From the human T2T-CHM13v2.0 reference genome, Homo sapiens, in the NCBI RefSeq assembly GCF_009914755.1, contig NC_060932.1: DNA of 64,000 nt; one strand, given 5' to 3'. The translations under genes were made by a program, and so were the position numbers. Below the pieces are notes generated by a model that was not told the origin of the DNA, ran no database searches, and saw only the letters and a program-made list of their open reading frames with translations. Shown piece by piece: positions 60,352 to 64,000 of the stretch (within the stretch, counting starts at the first letter, position 1; each line of letters begins with the position of its first letter).

Positions 60352-60510
60352 AGCTGGGTGTGGTGGCACACACCTATAGTTCTAGCTGCTTGGGGGGCTG
60401 AGGCAGGAGAATCACTTGAGGCCAGAAGTTGGAGGTTACAATGAGCTATGATCACACTACTGCACTCTAGCCTGGGTGACACAGCAAGACTCTGTTTCTA
60501 AAATAAATTT
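60352..60510 (+). mobile_element. Alu right arm / FLAM-like monomer
   Basis: GCTGGGTGTGGTGGCACACACCTATAG...GCCTGGGTGACACAGCAAGAC. Confidence 0.85.
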
Positions 60511-61049
60511 TTTTTAAAAAAAATTGGAGATTTCACATTAAAACTCTCATGAAAAACCAGCAGTGGTCATATGGAGGTCAGGCATCTTTTCAGGGCAGGG
60601 TGTCTTCTCCTTCTGGTTTAAAGCAGGAGAGGCCCTGAGAGAAGAGCCTTGGGATGGGATCTTCTAGAGCCACAGAATAGTGAAAAATACGCCTCTTGAA
60701 CAGGAGGTGTTTGGTGGGAGAAGAAAAGCCTCTAGGGAACCCAGAGCTGCTGCTTGTAAAAAGCTGAAGAGACATTGCAAGGAGGAGGGATCGAACCAAC
60801 CCTGCATGTCCCCAGAGGGCAGAAGTCCAAGCAGAGACCAAAGCAGTGAGAAAGCAGGCTTGCAGTGAGTATAATGTAGGCTTTACCTCCAAGGAGAGCT
60901 CCTTGGAAGTGGGAACGCTGATACATAGGTGGTAAATCCTGAGGCTGAGGGGCAGCAGGGGCTGCACATTGGGGCTTCTAAGTCTTTTTCATGTGCAGTG
61001 CACATAGACAATAGAAGTATTTGCAGGGCACACAAAGTAGACTGGCAGG

Positions 61050-61636
61050 GATTTGAAACCCCAAAGGGGACTGCATTTAAGCCTAAAGGTTCAAACCATG
61101 AGTGGCCTGTTTTGAGGATACTTGGGATCTGTTTTAATCCAGTATGGTAGGACATGCAGATGCAGAGATGACTGTCATGAAGGAAGAAGTTCGCATTCAC
61201 AGACCCCTCACAACAGGAGTCCCAGCACACCACATAGGGCCCCGTGGGGCAGCACAGGTGGGTCAGGAGGCAGAGAGAGTAAGAAAAAATGTAAGCAGGA
61301 GCATTTATTGTGATTTCTGTGGGAAGGAACATGAAACAGCATAGCAGGTTTAGGATTGGCTCACGTGAATAATTTCAGCAGGCTCTGGGCTCTCACATAG
61401 GCACTGTCCCCAGTTACCTGGTACCTACTCTGGGGTGATTAGGACAGTTGGATAGTGGCCTCCAGTGTGAGTGTGACAGGAGGCAGTTGCGAGTGTGGGC
61501 TCTGGATGGGTTGGTTTGCATATATGAAAGGCAGCTGTCAGAAACTGGCTGGCTCTGGGAGAAGCAGTCCCTCCAGGGTCAGTGGGGCCCCATGTCAAAG
61601 CATCAAATGTAGAAACCAGAAAACGTGGTTATTACA
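61050..61636 (-). mobile_element. MER76-like ERVL LTR
   Basis: GGTAGGACATGCAGATGCAGAGATGACTGTCATGAAGGAAGAAGTT...GCAGGTTTAGGATTGGCT...GAATAATTTCAGC. Confidence 0.55.
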
Positions 61637-63264
61637 AAGCCTGGCCCACATGCCCTTGAGAGCTGAGGGGATCAGTTTGCCCAAGTGCACCAGATGCAAA
61701 GCACTGCACTATGTGATGTCTGCAATTCCTTTCAGCCTTGAGATGCTGTAAATCTAATAGCATAGTGAGCTGGAAATGACTTGGGAGTTCAGCCTTATCT
61801 TCTCTTTGAACAGAAGGGACCTGAGTCCAAAGAGCTGAACCAACTTGATTAGTCTCATGATGGATTATAAAGTGGGGACTGGAACTCAAGGCTTTCCCAC
61901 CATCCTGTGAGGCTGGAAGGGGCTGATGGGAGTGGCATGACATCTTCATCCATGTGATCTCACAATCATGAGGAGGACATGGGCTCAGGAGTGCCAAGGC
62001 TGCAGCATAGGGAGTTTCTGGGGCAGAAGGAAGATGTGGGCAGTAGCACAGTCCCTGCCAGACCAGTGAGGCCCTCCTGAGTCCCCTTACCCTGTCCTTG
62101 ACATGTAGGGAACTCAGAGCCTAAGGTCTTAGGGCCAGGATGTAGCCTGGGATGAGGAGACCTCAATCTGGTCTCAGCTTTGCCCTGAACCAAGTGTCTG
62201 ACTTGGGCAGTTGAGTTTTCCTCTCTGGTATCACCCTTCCCAGTGGTCATCCAGTCATTTCCAAAGCATGCCATCATCATTTCTGTTCAAATAAAGATCC
62301 CTTTGCCCCACCCACTAGTTCTGACCTGTAGATCCAGGGCAGAACATATGTGTTTCCCTCGAGGAACATCCAGGTCCTAGAATCCACCAGACCCTTCCAG
62401 TGTTAAATCCTACAGTGCTCTCATTGACTGCCTCCTGGTCATAAGCTACTAGGTAGTGAAGGGCTGAGAACCAGACCCCACGTCTCCTGCCTCCGGGGGC
62501 CGTGTTCTTTCCCTGTCCCATGTGCCTCTCCCCGAGTGGGCACCTCCCTCCTCCCCAGTTATGCACGGGTGCCCCCAGCTATATAGAAGCGTGCCATGTC
62601 CACTTATGTCTGGTTTAGTATTCTGCCTGTACGACCTGTTTGTTCTCAGAAGAGCCGTGGGCTGCACTGGTGAGCAGGGTACCCTGTGTTCTGGAGCCTT
62701 CATTCCCCTCACCAGGCACACGGCCATGCAATTAGGCACTTGACACATGATGCCAATGTTGACAGCCGAGAATAGAACCCAAGAGTGGGAGGTTAGTCTG
62801 CTCAGCCGTGCTGTGGGATGAAGAGGTTTGTGGTTGCCACCTCAGCTTGAGGCTGAGCAGAGACCAGAGCTCAGAGTGGACGAAGCATCAGACAGGAGCC
62901 CCAGGTGTGGGCTGTAAAGCCATGGGAGAGAGTCCAGGGGTGCTTGACCTTCAAAGCCCATTCAGGTCTAAAGTCCTCAGAACCCAAGACCTAGACCCAG
63001 ACAACAGGGAGCTGTAGAGTGGGTTCAGGCCAGGCCAATCTGGGCAGGACCAATAGGCTTGGCTGCCCCCACCCCAACTAGTGCCATTGGCCGTTCTGGG
63101 AGGGAGCAGTCTTTGGAGACTTCTGGTGATCATCACTGGTGTCAGCAGATCTTGTCCAAATTGATTCCTGTGGGCTTCTTGAGGTTGGGACTAAAATGTG
63201 TCTGAGCAGCAGGTGGGCCTGGACTGGAATGATCTTGAACCACACAAACCCTCATGTTTCTTTT

Positions 63265-63823
63265 TGTCAGAGGCATGTGAACCAGAGCAACTCCATCTTA
63301 AACAGGAGCTAGGTAAAATGAGGCTGAGACCTATTGTGTTGCATTCCCAGATGATGAAGGCATTCTAAGTCACAGGGTGAGATAGGAAGTCAGCACAAGA
63401 TACAGGTCATAAAGACCTTGCTGATAAAACAGGTTACAGTAAAGAAGCCGGCCAAAACCTACCAAAATCAAGATGGCGATGAGAGTGTCCTCTGGTCATC
63501 CTCACTGCTACACTCCCACCAGTGCCACGACAGTTTACAAATGCCATAGAAATGTCAGGAAATTACCCTGATCTAAAATTTCTGGTCTAAAAAGGGGAGG
63601 CATGAATAATCCACCCTTTGTTTAGCATGTCATCAAGAAATAACTATAAAAATGGGCAAACAGCAGCCTTCAAGACTGCTGTGTCTATGGAGTAGCCATT
63701 CTCTTATTCCTTTACTTTCTTAATAAACTTGCTTTCACTTTATGGACTCACCCTCAATTCTTTCTTGTGTGAGATTCAAGAAACTTCTCTTGGGGTCTGG
63801 ATCGGGACCCCTTTCCTATAACA
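63265..63823 (+). mobile_element. MER41A-type solo LTR
   Basis: TGTCAGAGGCATGTGAACCAGAGCAACTCCATCTT...GGGGTCTGGATCGGGACCCCTTTCCTATAACA; TSD TTTT; AATAAA at 63722. Confidence 0.9.
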
Positions 63824-64000
63824 TTTTCACTCCTGCGTTTAGAACCAGAGACTCGCTGTGCAAAGTGGGAGTGAGGAGGGTGCAACTTGTGTCTCACAGC
63901 TCCAGAGGCAGAGCTGCCCCCTGCGGGTAAAAGGTGTAGAAAAACTCCTTTAACATATCCTAGGAAAGACCTCTTTGGTACTGAAAACCAACCAGAAATG

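Overview
Human (or closely related hominid) genomic DNA with no credible protein-coding exon. I recognise the CpG-rich exon at ~12396-12513 (ending ...GGAGTCCGCGCCTCCCTGG|GTGAGT) as the non-coding 5'-UTR exon of PTK2B (PYK2, 8p21) on the + strand. This is recognition from memory, not an alignment. On that reading, 1-12.3 kb is promoter-upstream sequence (introns of the longer 5' isoform) and 12.5-64 kb is the long intron before the ATG exon, which is not in the window. The window is dense in Alu, L1, L2, MIR, CR1, LTR and hAT elements, several with visible target-site duplications and nesting; subfamily names are by eye. All ORFs in the track look like chance or Alu-derived frames. I found no new gene system. 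The most interesting signals are: (i) U1-5'-end mimics inside the PTK2B exon that can pair with its own 5' splice site; (ii) a branch point and acceptor making that exon a hybrid first/internal exon; (iii) the probable rs28834970 C/EBP site inside a CpG-retaining old L1; (iv) a CpG/RFX/donor patch at ~35.3 kb; (v) a 23-bp minisatellite; (vi) a bistable templated-insertion hairpin at ~59.75 kb and other repair scars.
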